Source: Chloroflexota bacterium
Lineage (GTDB): Bacteria > Chloroflexota > Dehalococcoidia > Lucifugimonadales > Lucifugimonadaceae
Reading direction: 5' to 3'
DNA length: 49,027 bases
NCBI GenBank assembly: GCA_022567135.1
Contig: JADFHP010000001.1
Span: 1-49,027 of the forward strand
Made by a program: the position numbers and the translations under genes. Positions 16,551 through 25,204 of this stretch are shown in pieces. The notes beneath the pieces are model-generated. The model saw nothing but the letters and a program-made list of their open reading frames with translations. It was not told the DNA's origin and searched no databases. Positions within the stretch are counted from its first letter, which is position 1, and every line of letters begins with the position of its first letter.

Positions 16551-17021
16551 TCAGCGGGGCGCTTCGGCGCCGACCGGGTGGCCCACTCCAGTATTCAGAT
16601 AGCGGTTGAGACTGCCCAGGAGGAAATGGTCCCAACCCGCCTCGCAAACTTCGTAGCAGTTTAGCCCCGGAACCAGGCCGTGGTGGTGGAAGATTACTTT
16701 GGTTCCTAGATCGTGCGGCTCTAGTTCCCATACGAGCCTGGTACCAAGCCACTCTTCGCGAATATTGTCAGGGGCCTCCTCCTGAACGTGATTCGCCTGG
16801 ACACACTCCAGTTCAACCAGCCGGTCTGGCACGAGCTTCAGGACTCGAAATCGCCAGAACGCGGGGCTCGGTTCAAACGTTACCGTGGATTCATCACCGA
16901 CGCTTGAGAGCGGTGCGCTCGATGCGGACCACCATCTATCGAAATCCTCGGTCACCGCTTTGAATACGACTTGAGGGTCGCACGGAACTATAAATGTGCG
17001 CGTGTAACTATCTGGCTTCAT
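16551..17021 (-). CDS. SRPBCC/AHSA1-family small protein
   Basis: 156 aa. The N-terminus ...TRTFIVPCDPQVVFKAVTEDFDRWWS and the overall size fit the Aha1/START-like family. Confidence 0.7.
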   Translation of the reverse strand: MKPDSYTRTFIVPCDPQVVFKAVTEDFDRWWSASSAPLSSVGDESTVTFEPSPAFWRFRVLKLVPDRLVELECVQANHVQEEAPDNIREEWLGTRLVWELEPHDLGTKVIFHHHGLVPGLNCYEVCEAGWDHFLLGSLNRYLNTGVGHPVGAEAPR

Positions 17022-17177
17022 GCTCGACTTTCCTTATGTGGCGGAAGATTTGCCACTATCTTGAACGTTCCCGCGGGCGGGAGTGAGCGCCTGCAAGGGG
17101 CAGATGCCGGAGACGCGTCACTCCCACCGCTGGGCGGCCTCCCTGCATCGCGGAAATACGGGCGGAGGACGCAAAAA

Positions 17178-17750
17178 CTAGGCCGACCAATTGGGGTCGC
17201 GGCCGCTCAGGCCGAGCGCCTTCTCGAAGGCTGATGCGCCATCGGAGATGCTGATCTCTGCGGCAAACGGCTTGCCTTCGCCGCGCGAGCCGTCGTTGCA
17301 GAGCTGCTGCGCGATTCCGAATATGGCCTCGCCAACGTCATCGCTGACTTGCAGGTCCTGGCCGGTTCCCTTCGCAAGGTCCCAGCCGTGGATCACCGTC
17401 TCCCACAGCGTTATCGAGGCGGCGAAGCTGGCGTCGGATTCGCCGGAGCCGAACTGCGTCTTGCCTTCTGTCGAGCCGGGCTCCTGCCAGGCGGCGACTG
17501 CGCCCTTGATCATGCCGGGGATCACAGAAGCGGGGTCGCTGCCTACGATGTCTGCGCCCGGTTCGCCTTCAGGAGCCTGCTTGCGAGCGGCCATGGCGGT
17601 CATTCCGTAGAAGCCGGCGATGTGGTTCGCAAGTCCCTTGACGTCGAACTCCGCGCACGGCGTAGCGCCGGAGAGCTGGCTTTCAGTTACGTTCGAGGCG
17701 ATTTCCGCGGTCGCACGCGAAGCCTTCGAAAACAGAGCGACGGTATCCAT
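17178..17750 (-). CDS. DinB/mycothiol-maleylpyruvate-isomerase-N-like metal-binding protein (TIGR03086-like)
   Basis: 190 aa. PCAEFDVKGLANHI...WETVIHGWDLAKGTG and the C-terminal ...ALGLSGRDPNW pattern match my recollection of this family. Confidence 0.65.
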   Translation of the reverse strand: MDTVALFSKASRATAEIASNVTESQLSGATPCAEFDVKGLANHIAGFYGMTAMAARKQAPEGEPGADIVGSDPASVIPGMIKGAVAAWQEPGSTEGKTQFGSGESDASFAASITLWETVIHGWDLAKGTGQDLQVSDDVGEAIFGIAQQLCNDGSRGEGKPFAAEISISDGASAFEKALGLSGRDPNWSA

Positions 17751-17853
17751 TTTGATTCCTCCCGAATCGGCCGGATGGCCTGATACCAGTTGGGCAGCGC
17801 GCGTGACGGCGCTCTAGTTCGAGCGCCATCCATTAACGGTGCCCAGTTATTAT

Positions 17854-17885
17854 GTAAGTAATATCTTACGTAAGTGATCGCTTAC
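17854..17885. promoter_or_regulatory. Operator-like tandem palindrome GTAAGT-N5-CTTAC x2
   Basis: GTAAGTaatatCTTACGTAAGTgatcgCTTAC lies about 105-135 nt upstream of the DinB-like gene in an AT-rich patch. The central CTTACGTAAG is a perfect 10-bp palindrome. Confidence 0.35.
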
Positions 17886-17915
17886 TGTCAATCTTCCTCC
17901 GTCGACCCCATCCAT

Positions 17916-18092
17916 CGTCACTCCGGCAACAGCCGGAATCCAGAGAGGGCCCCGGTGGTCAAATCAGGGTGCATTCGGAATGGACCGTGAACTCTTGGAG
18001 ATGTCTGCAATCGGCGCTTCTCGAATCGTAGCCGGGGGTGACTGGATTCTGGCTTCCGCCCTTCGACAGGCCCAGGAGAACCCAGAATGACG
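17916..18092. repeat. Repeat family C, second inverted pair (right unit has an expanded loop)
   Basis: 17916-17943 reads cgtcactccggcaacagccggaatccag. The reverse complement of 18043-18092 reads cgtcattctgg-[27-nt insert]-gccagaatccag. The flank gccgggg(g)tgactggattctggc is shared with locus 1. Confidence 0.7.
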
Positions 18093-18119
18093 AATATCTA
18101 ACCGGCGTCTCAGAAACTC

Positions 18120-19151
18120 CTACCCATCCCAGGCAGCGAGTTCCTCGTTGAACGCGAATACCTGGGGGAGGCCGCCGGAGTGGAGGAACATGATGGTGTC
18201 GTCTTTGCCGAACCGGCCATTTCGGATCTGGTCGATCAGGCCGGACATCGACTTTCCGGTGTAGTTGGGGTCGAGTATCACCGCCTCGGTCTGTGCGACG
18301 AGATGGATGGCCTCGAACGCGGCGTCTGTTGCCGCGGCGTAAGCGGGGCCGGAGAAGCCGTCGAGGATCTCGACATCGTCCGGCTCCAGCGTCACTGGCA
18401 GCTTCAGCAGCTCGGCAGCCTGCCTGGAGCGGGCGACCATCGTCTCGCGCAGCGCCTCATCGTCGGACGGGCTGTACTTGACCGCCGTTGCGGACCAGTC
18501 GAGGCCAAGATTGTTGGAAAACATCTTCAGGGCCGGCAGTGAGCGGCCGGTCAGGCCCCACAGGTGGACTCGGTCGACTCCGATGGCGTCCAGCTGCTCT
18601 TTCAGTTCGAGCCCGGCCTCGATGAAGGCGATCGTGCCCATGATTTCCGGGAACGAATCGTCGTTCAGGATGTACGGATTTCTCCCTTCCGAGCGAACTT
18701 TGTCGGCGAGTGAACGGGCGTACGCAGAAGCGTCTTCCGATTCGGGGATGCGATGAATCTCGCCACCCATAAGCTTCACCAACAGCAGGTTGCCCTGGAT
18801 GGGCCGATCGACCTCGCCGGTCGAGACCAGCAGGTACCGGATGCCTGCCTTCACGCAGCCCGCCGCCGCGACGCGTGCCTGGTTGGAGTGGAAGTTGTTG
18901 ATGTTGATGAGCGTGTCGAATCCGCCCTCGAGAACGTGTGCCATCTCGAACTCGAAGTGGCGCGACTTGTTGCCGCCGTATGCCAGCCCGGTGGCGTCGT
19001 CGCGCTTGACCAGGATGCGGGGGCCGCCGAGCCGTTCCGCCAGCTTCGTCCAGTCCTCGAGCGGTGTCGGGATGTGCGACCAGCGGATGCGCGGGACGGC
19101 GTTAAGGCTCTGCCGAATCTGCTCGACGGTGATTGCGGGGTGGTTGGTCAC
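18120..19151 (-). CDS. PLP-dependent enzyme of the ACC deaminase/D-cysteine desulfhydrase family (fold type II)
   Basis: 343 aa with a GTG start. The motif YGGNKSRHFEFEMAHVLEGG is GGNK with the PLP lysine. The protein ends ...FLHSGGL, as in this family. Confidence 0.8.
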   Translation of the reverse strand: MTNHPAITVEQIRQSLNAVPRIRWSHIPTPLEDWTKLAERLGGPRILVKRDDATGLAYGGNKSRHFEFEMAHVLEGGFDTLININNFHSNQARVAAAGCVKAGIRYLLVSTGEVDRPIQGNLLLVKLMGGEIHRIPESEDASAYARSLADKVRSEGRNPYILNDDSFPEIMGTIAFIEAGLELKEQLDAIGVDRVHLWGLTGRSLPALKMFSNNLGLDWSATAVKYSPSDDEALRETMVARSRQAAELLKLPVTLEPDDVEILDGFSGPAYAAATDAAFEAIHLVAQTEAVILDPNYTGKSMSGLIDQIRNGRFGKDDTIMFLHSGGLPQVFAFNEELAAWDG

Positions 19152-19712
19152 TTACTCTCCTGATACTGGCTGGCACTGGTGGAGATCGGAAATCCGACTG
19201 TCAAGCGCCTGCCGGCTCTCCTCAACGGATTGGCCTGTCGTATCGAGCCGGTTCTGCCCGGGCCAATCCAAACAAGCCTCGCGTTGTGTTCGCGTATATG
19301 TTTCCAGGACGTTTTTCTTCCGTTCCGAGGAACGCCCCAGAACGGCGCTGAGATCGGGCACCAGAACCACGAGAATCGGATTCAGGCCCATCAGCAACGG
19401 CTCCCACGTCACACGATACTCGTCGGGCAAGAACGTTGACTCGACGATGACATCGAAGCCATCTCGCAGGAAGTTCCGCGCCAGCGACACACATTGCCGG
19501 GCGGCCAGCTCGAACTGTTCCGTCTGCTCAGAACTGGATTGCTGGGGGTCTGCGAACCCTCCGATTATCATTTGCCTGACCTCGTCGAGGTCGATGTGTG
19601 CCGCCCGCGGCCGGTTTCCGCACCATGCCCGCGACAGTGTGGACTTGCCGGCGCCTGCCGGTCCCCCCAACAGCACCACAAGCGGACCGACGTGAGAGCT
19701 GCGCGCACTCAT
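19152..19712 (-). CDS. Small P-loop NTPase/kinase (AAA_33/gluconokinase/zeta-like)
   Basis: 186 aa with Walker A LLGGPAGAGKST and an aspartate-containing segment HIDLDEV. Its stop abuts the start of the downstream PLP gene (TAAGTG). Confidence 0.6.
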   Translation of the reverse strand: MSARSSHVGPLVVLLGGPAGAGKSTLSRAWCGNRPRAAHIDLDEVRQMIIGGFADPQQSSSEQTEQFELAARQCVSLARNFLRDGFDVIVESTFLPDEYRVTWEPLLMGLNPILVVLVPDLSAVLGRSSERKKNVLETYTRTQREACLDWPGQNRLDTTGQSVEESRQALDSRISDLHQCQPVSGE

Positions 19713-19725
19713 TTCATGACCCTGG

Positions 19726-20880
19726 TCATCCGCCGGAGGCCGCTTTGATCAGCTCTTCACGCACCCTCTCCGCAACGATCTCCAGTTCGTCGTCCTGGAT
19801 GTTGAGCGGGTCGACGATCAGCTCCCCAGTCTTTGGAATATTCATCAGAAAGATTCGCGGCGTACCGGCCATCAGCCGCCTGTGTATCTCCTCGAAATCC
19901 GGTCCCCGCCACTCGTCGCTGAACGTTATCGCCACCTGGGGTATGTAGTGGTCGCGATCGTGCTTGATGGACGCCACGACGCCGGGGATCTCCACGATCT
20001 GGTCCACGACCAGCTGCATCATCTGCCGGTATCTCTTCGTCTCCTCGGCTTCGTCTGTATTGACGAACTCTTCTACCGCGGCGACGAGGCCCGCCATCTC
20101 CTCCTTGGAGATTTTCTGCGCCCTTGCGATGTTGGCGTTCGGATAGTTGTTCAGCCGGGCGTACTCGACCCATTCGGGAGTGCCTGCCAGAATGCCCGTG
20201 CTCTGGGGTCCGCGAATCCCCTTGCCACCGCTGAAGCTGACCAGGTCTGCTCCCTCGTCAAGGAATTTCTTCAGATTCGATCGCGGCGGCAGCATGGACG
20301 CGGCATCGCAGAGTACCGGGAGGTCGTGGCGGTGTGCGATGTCTGCCAGTACCGGCTGCGGGACCGCAGTGTTGTCTTTGAACGGCGACTCGAGATGGAT
20401 GATGCCTGCCGTCTTTTCCGTAATCGCAGCCTCCACCTGCTCGGGCGTGCACGTTTCGCCGTCGCCGACTTCCACAAAGCGAGCGCCGGGCGCCAGATAA
20501 AGATGGTCGTATATAAAGCGGTGATGCTTCTGGATGATCAACTCGTTTGCCATACCGTCCGTATTCGGCAGCCGACTTATCTTGTCCGGATCGTCACGAG
20601 CGATGGCGGTTGCGGCCTGGACCACGAGGCCGCCCGAGGCGCCGCTCGTGATCGTTGCCGCCTCCGCGCCGATCATCCCGGCAATGAGCCGGCCGGCCTC
20701 GATGACGAACTCGTCGATGTTGAAGAATTTTCCGGACGCCTCTTCCATGGCTCTTATCGCCACGTCCCGCGGGCGGCTGCCGGAGTGTTTCGTGTTGGGC
20801 CCTCCGGCGTTTATCAGCGGCTCAATGCCAAGAAGGATCTGGATGTTTTCGCCGCCTGCTGCACTCCCTTTTGGGTACAT
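19726..20880 (-). CDS. SelA-like PLP enzyme (L-seryl-tRNA(Sec) selenium transferase-related, COG1921-type; not canonical SelA)
   Basis: 384 aa. ADLVSFSGGKGIRGPQSTGILAG parallels the SelA PLP-lysine region DLVxFSGDKLLGGPQAG. It lacks the SelA N-terminal tRNA-binding domain. Confidence 0.7.
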   Translation of the reverse strand: MYPKGSAAGGENIQILLGIEPLINAGGPNTKHSGSRPRDVAIRAMEEASGKFFNIDEFVIEAGRLIAGMIGAEAATITSGASGGLVVQAATAIARDDPDKISRLPNTDGMANELIIQKHHRFIYDHLYLAPGARFVEVGDGETCTPEQVEAAITEKTAGIIHLESPFKDNTAVPQPVLADIAHRHDLPVLCDAASMLPPRSNLKKFLDEGADLVSFSGGKGIRGPQSTGILAGTPEWVEYARLNNYPNANIARAQKISKEEMAGLVAAVEEFVNTDEAEETKRYRQMMQLVVDQIVEIPGVVASIKHDRDHYIPQVAITFSDEWRGPDFEEIHRRLMAGTPRIFLMNIPKTGELIVDPLNIQDDELEIVAERVREELIKAASGG

Positions 20881-21168
20881 GGGCTGGTTCTGTTACTCCT
20901 GTATGGGACCGGCCAGACCGGGACCTTCCGGTACTTGACGATCAAACCGGGGCAAAGTGCGGGTAGCCTAGCACCGGCTGATGGGCGTCTCAAGGCCGCC
21001 TCTTCGCCCTGGAGCCAGAGTCGATATCGAAGGGTCGCTACCCTTGCTACCGGGGGGGCGTCCCGAACCGCCCTGCTATCCTTTACGGCTGTTCATATAG
21101 TGTTGTTCAGGCGATCGTAGCGAATAGGCCGCAAGGACGGCGATTCCAGCGCAACCGGCAGAACTTTT

Positions 21169-21747
21169 ATGGCAATCGACGACATTACAACCGCGCCCGA
21201 CTCGGGGCCGCAGACCGCTTCAGGCATCGAGTCAGCTCCCGAAGATCCTGGGGAGGATGTGGTCGCGCGCCTGCAAGCGCTGCACGGCAGGCGGCTTGTG
21301 CTGACAGAGGAGCGCGTGACCGTGGACGGCGATGACGGTGGCTGGGGCGGCTGGTCCGTGGCGTTCCTGCCGCAGATCGCGGCTGTCCGGGTCTCGCCCG
21401 GCCGGAAAGAGCGCAGCTCGCTCGTCTGGGGCGTCCTTGGAGTCTTCGCCGCTATCGGCGTATGGATGGTGGCGAGCAACGACGCGGTGAGCACCATCGG
21501 CGGCATCGTGGTCGGAGCGATCTCGCTGGCGCTTCTGGCAGAGTTCTTCTTCAAGCCGCCCGATCTGAATATGCAGATCGTCCTGGGAACCGAGACTATT
21601 GATGTCGATATCAAGCGGTCGCAGGCAGATGAGGCGAGGCAGTTCGCAAATCTGATTCTTGAGACGCGCAGGAGTGCGCTTGCCGCGCCCCGTTCGGCCA
21701 ACGGCGCCGGGCCGGTAATCCAGGCGCCCCGTTTCCCGTTGCCTTGA
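21169..21747 (+). CDS. Hypothetical membrane protein (two central TM helices)
   Basis: 192 aa. The hydrophobic pair is LVWGVLGVFAAIGVWMV / IGGIVVGAISLALLAEFFF. No family recognised. Confidence 0.4.
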   Translation: MAIDDITTAPDSGPQTASGIESAPEDPGEDVVARLQALHGRRLVLTEERVTVDGDDGGWGGWSVAFLPQIAAVRVSPGRKERSSLVWGVLGVFAAIGVWMVASNDAVSTIGGIVVGAISLALLAEFFFKPPDLNMQIVLGTETIDVDIKRSQADEARQFANLILETRRSALAAPRSANGAGPVIQAPRFPLP

Positions 21748-21785
21748 ATTGGCCTCCGGCCTCAAGCTCGGGCTTGCGGGGGGAC

Positions 21786-22856
21786 TTACGCGGCGGCGCC
21801 TATGCGCAGGCCGGGATCCACGTCGAGTTCGTAATCGGATGCCTCTCCCCTGATGAGCCGCGGGTAGGCGGCGGCGGCGATCATCGCGCCGTTGTCCGTG
21901 CAGAGGATCGGCGGCGGAATGAACACGGACACGGTCGCTTCCGCCGTGAGCACCTGTCTGAGGCGCCGGTTGGCGGCAACCCCACCGGCAAGAATAATGG
22001 CGTTGCAGCCGTACTCATCCGCCGCGGCATTAGCCTTCCGGACGAGCACGTCTACTATCGACTCCTGGAGCTCATGGGATAGTCCCGCGATTTTTTCTTC
22101 ACTGGCTTCGCTGGCCGGTTCGTCGACTATCCCGGCTTCTTCTGCGCGCCTCAATAGCGCGGTTTTGAGGCCGCTGAAGCTGAAGTCATGGGTGCCGGGA
22201 ATCCATGCCCGCGGCAGCGGTTTCGTATCGGGGACCGCCCTGGCGACGCGTGAGATCTCCGGCCCGCCGGGATACGGCAGGCCAAGTATCCGGGCGCTCT
22301 TGTCGAACGCCTCGCCGGCGGCGTCATCGCGGGTTGCGCCGACGAGTTCGTAATCGGTCTCGCCCCGCATCAGCACGAGTTCGGTGTGGCCTCCGGAGAC
22401 GATGAGGCACATCAGCGGGAACGGCGGCTCCGTTCCCAGGTCGGCGTTGCCGTTTGTGTTGCCTTCTGGGTTGCCTTCTGGGTTGCCCTCCGCTAGCCAC
22501 GCCGCGCGGACATGGCCTTCCAGGTGGTTTACGCCGATCATCGGCACTCCCAGCGACGCCGCGAGGCCCTTGGCTGCGTTGAGGCCTACGATCAGCGAGC
22601 CGGCGAGTCCGGGCCCGTTGGTGACGGCTACGGCGTCGATGCCGGACCACGGAATGGCGGCGTCTTCGACGGCGGCGTGGAGCACCGGGAGGATCGCCTG
22701 AATGTGCTGCCTCGAGGCCAGCTCCGGGACTATGCCGCCGTGCCGGGAGTGCAGTTCCGCCTGCGAGGCGATCACGTTCGAGCGCAGGTCTACGCCATCG
22801 ACCACCACGGCAGCGGCGGTCTCGTCACAAGACGTTTCAATGCCCAGTACGTTCAT
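21786..22856 (-). CDS. tsaD: tRNA N6-adenosine threonylcarbamoyltransferase TsaD
   Basis: 356 aa. MNVLGIETSCDETAAAVV, HLEGH, VSGGHTEL and CTDNGAMIA are classic Kae1/TsaD motifs. It carries a GNPEGNPEGNTNGN insertion. Confidence 0.93.
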   Translation of the reverse strand: MNVLGIETSCDETAAAVVVDGVDLRSNVIASQAELHSRHGGIVPELASRQHIQAILPVLHAAVEDAAIPWSGIDAVAVTNGPGLAGSLIVGLNAAKGLAASLGVPMIGVNHLEGHVRAAWLAEGNPEGNPEGNTNGNADLGTEPPFPLMCLIVSGGHTELVLMRGETDYELVGATRDDAAGEAFDKSARILGLPYPGGPEISRVARAVPDTKPLPRAWIPGTHDFSFSGLKTALLRRAEEAGIVDEPASEASEEKIAGLSHELQESIVDVLVRKANAAADEYGCNAIILAGGVAANRRLRQVLTAEATVSVFIPPPILCTDNGAMIAAAAYPRLIRGEASDYELDVDPGLRIGAAA

Positions 22857-22971
22857 TACCGGGCCGATTCGCCCGTTTGTTGGGCCGAGGTAACCATTCC
22901 CATGCTTGAATTGTAATTAGAAGCGGGTCAGGCGACTCAGGTCGGCGCCGCGGCCATACACGTATCATGAA

Positions 22972-23904
22972 GTGCCGATGGCAGCTACGACGACCACAAA
23001 TCATTCAAGCCGACGCTTCCCGATTGGCCGGATGCATATCGCCGTTCTTATCCTGGTGATCGGCGCGCTGATGGCCGGCGCCGGTGGGATATACCTGGCG
23101 GTCACGGAAAAGGCCCTCAGCACGCTCGACGATTTCGTAGTCGAAGTGCCTGGCGAGGTCCAGCAGGCATGGGTGGCGCCGCCGGTTGGCCGCGCGGCGC
23201 CGACCGTAGCGCCAGTGGTGTCAGGCGATCAGCCTGCGCCCGAATCGACCATCGTGGCCACCGCCGCTGTTACAGACGAGCTGCCGGGTGAGATTTCGTT
23301 CAATTTTGGCGCCGTTTATCCGGCCGATCAGACCAATCCGCGGTTCTGGTCGAATCCCGAGTTCGCCGGCACCGGCCCTTACGGCGGGAGCGATCTGCCG
23401 GAGGGATTCGAGTTCGTGAGCGCCCTCGACGCCCTGCGCGGGGCTGACGGAAAAAATGAGGCCCTGCGGATCAAGATTCCTTCGATAGGGGTCGACGAGC
23501 CGGTAGGAGAGCTGCAGATCCTGGAAGAGGCGAGCGGGCTGCGGTATGAGCAGCCGGTGGGCCTGGTCGGTCATATTCCGGATACGCCGGATCCCGGACA
23601 GATAGGTAACGGCTGGTATTTCGGCCACCTTGAGAGTCCCATTCTGGGCGAGGGAAACGTGTTCAGGCGGCTCCCGGACATTGCCGAGCTGATCAAGCAG
23701 GATCCGGTGAATGTGATTCTGGAGACTGCCACGGAGGCGTTTCTGTACCGGGTCACAGGTACGACGATAGTGCCGAAGGAGGATCTGGCGCTCACTCCGG
23801 CTCCGACGGCGTCCATCACGCTGGTAGCCAGCTTCCCCTCCCCCGTCTACTCACACCGCTTCCTGGTCACGGCCGAGTTGCTGGCGGCGCGGTCTTTGCG
23901 GTGA
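22972..23904 (+). CDS. Sortase-fold membrane protein lacking the catalytic cysteine (TLVAS instead of TLxTC)
   Basis: 310 aa with an N-terminal TM helix. It has LRIKIPSIGVDEPV, GHIPDTPDPGQIGN.WYFGH, ...YRV....V.PED and ITLVASFPSPVYSHRFLVTAEL. The whole protein contains no Cys. Confidence 0.65.
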   Translation: MPMAATTTTNHSSRRFPIGRMHIAVLILVIGALMAGAGGIYLAVTEKALSTLDDFVVEVPGEVQQAWVAPPVGRAAPTVAPVVSGDQPAPESTIVATAAVTDELPGEISFNFGAVYPADQTNPRFWSNPEFAGTGPYGGSDLPEGFEFVSALDALRGADGKNEALRIKIPSIGVDEPVGELQILEEASGLRYEQPVGLVGHIPDTPDPGQIGNGWYFGHLESPILGEGNVFRRLPDIAELIKQDPVNVILETATEAFLYRVTGTTIVPKEDLALTPAPTASITLVASFPSPVYSHRFLVTAELLAARSLR

Positions 23905-24109
23905 CTCCGGAGAGAAATACAGGGCAGTAAATTCCATTCACGCCTTGAACGCCGAACAGCCGCGATGCAGAGAAAAAACTGTGGGACTGGTGTTTATTCG
24001 GGCTCGCGTGTGCGCGACACTAGACTCCGGCTTGATATTTCTTTCGCCTTTTATTTTCCATTTACAGGGCCGTGCGGCAGACGCACCCGCGGACGAGGAC
24101 GACTAGCCA

Positions 24110-25204
24110 GTGGCAACATCGGCCATCGCCAGGGAAGGCGATGCAGGGGAGGCGGCGACCGCCGATGCGGCGGCGCCCTGGGCCGACAGGTTGCTGTTAT
24201 TTCTGCTCGGCATCTCGGTAGTCGGACTCCTATCGCAGATCACGCTTGGCGGAGTGGTGCGGGTCACCGGCTCAGGCGACGGCTGCCCGGACTGGCCGCA
24301 ATGTTTTGGCAGCTGGATCCCACCCTGGGAGTACCACGCCATCATCGAATGGAGCCACCGGACCACCGGGACGTTCGTCGGCATCATCATGTTGCTGGCC
24401 CTGATTCGTGTTGTGCAGCGCTATCGCGGGCATCGCGCGCTTCTCGGCCTGGCGCTTTCGGGCATGGTGCTGGTCAGTATCGTCGGCGGCATCGGCGGGT
24501 CGGTAGTTCTCACCGATCTCAACCCGGCGATCCGGACGTTGCACCTGGGGCTGGCCGAGATAGTGTTGCTGATAATGCTCGTCGCTCTCGTGGTGGCGGC
24601 CGTACCGCCATCCTGGCGCAGCTTCAATCCGCTTTCGGCCGTCGACGCGGGAATGGTAACGAAGCTGGCGGTCGTGGCGGCCGCTGTATCGCTGATCGCC
24701 CTGCTTTCCGGGGCATACGCCGTCTGGCGGGACGCTGGCGCTGTATGCGGCTCGTGGCCGCTCTGCGGCGGCTCCGTGATACCGGAAGTCAATCTCACGT
24801 GGATCCACATGATTCACCGGCTGCTCGCAGGAATCGGAGCGGTCGTTGCGGCGTACGCCGCTTTCAGGGCCTACCGGCTGGACGGCGCCGGACCGGCCCT
24901 CAAGGGCGCGGCATGGGCGGTTCTCGGAATAATCACGGTGCAGGTGTTGATCGGCGCCGCCAACCCGTGGACCGGATTCGATACCTGGGTCAAGGCGACG
25001 CATCTGAGCCTGGCGACTTTCATGTGGGGCGCAACGGCGCTGCTGGCGGTGCTGATCTGGCTTCCGTACTACCGATCCGGGCGTTCCGGCCGGTCCCGCA
25101 TTTTGACTCCCCAGACGCACATGCAACCGCCGATGCAACCGGCCATGCAACCGGACCCAGGCCCAGAAGAAATGTCACGAGAATCGGCGGCGGCAGATGA
25201 GTAG
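24110..25204 (+). CDS. ctaA: Heme A synthase (COX15/CtaA)
   Basis: 364 aa with a GTG start and a polytopic profile. It has RVTGSGDGCPDWPQCFG and EWSHR. It is translationally coupled to ctaB. The overlapping Arg-rich ORF 23965..25200 is rejected. Confidence 0.85.
   Translation: MATSAIAREGDAGEAATADAAAPWADRLLLFLLGISVVGLLSQITLGGVVRVTGSGDGCPDWPQCFGSWIPPWEYHAIIEWSHRTTGTFVGIIMLLALIRVVQRYRGHRALLGLALSGMVLVSIVGGIGGSVVLTDLNPAIRTLHLGLAEIVLLIMLVALVVAAVPPSWRSFNPLSAVDAGMVTKLAVVAAAVSLIALLSGAYAVWRDAGAVCGSWPLCGGSVIPEVNLTWIHMIHRLLAGIGAVVAAYAAFRAYRLDGAGPALKGAAWAVLGIITVQVLIGAANPWTGFDTWVKATHLSLATFMWGATALLAVLIWLPYYRSGRSGRSRILTPQTHMQPPMQPAMQPDPGPEEMSRESAAADE

Noticed and set aside
19726-20880. Taking the SelA-like gene as the genuine selenocysteine synthase supporting the UGA gene at 47.9 kb
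   Set aside because: It is too short (384 aa), lacks the SelA N-terminal domain, and sits with a kinase and a desulfhydrase-fold enzyme rather than selB/selD. It cannot be used as evidence for a Sec machinery.
20881-21168. Known riboswitch in the long leader of the SelA-like operon
   Set aside because: I compared it by eye with the glycine, cobalamin, TPP, SAM, guanidine, ZTP and fluoride cores and found no convincing match. It needs a covariance-model search.
23965-25200. 411-aa plus-strand ORF overlapping ctaA in another frame
   Set aside because: It is extremely Arg/Gly-rich with no hydrophobic helices. The 24110..25204 frame gives a polytopic protein with CtaA cysteine and histidine motifs.
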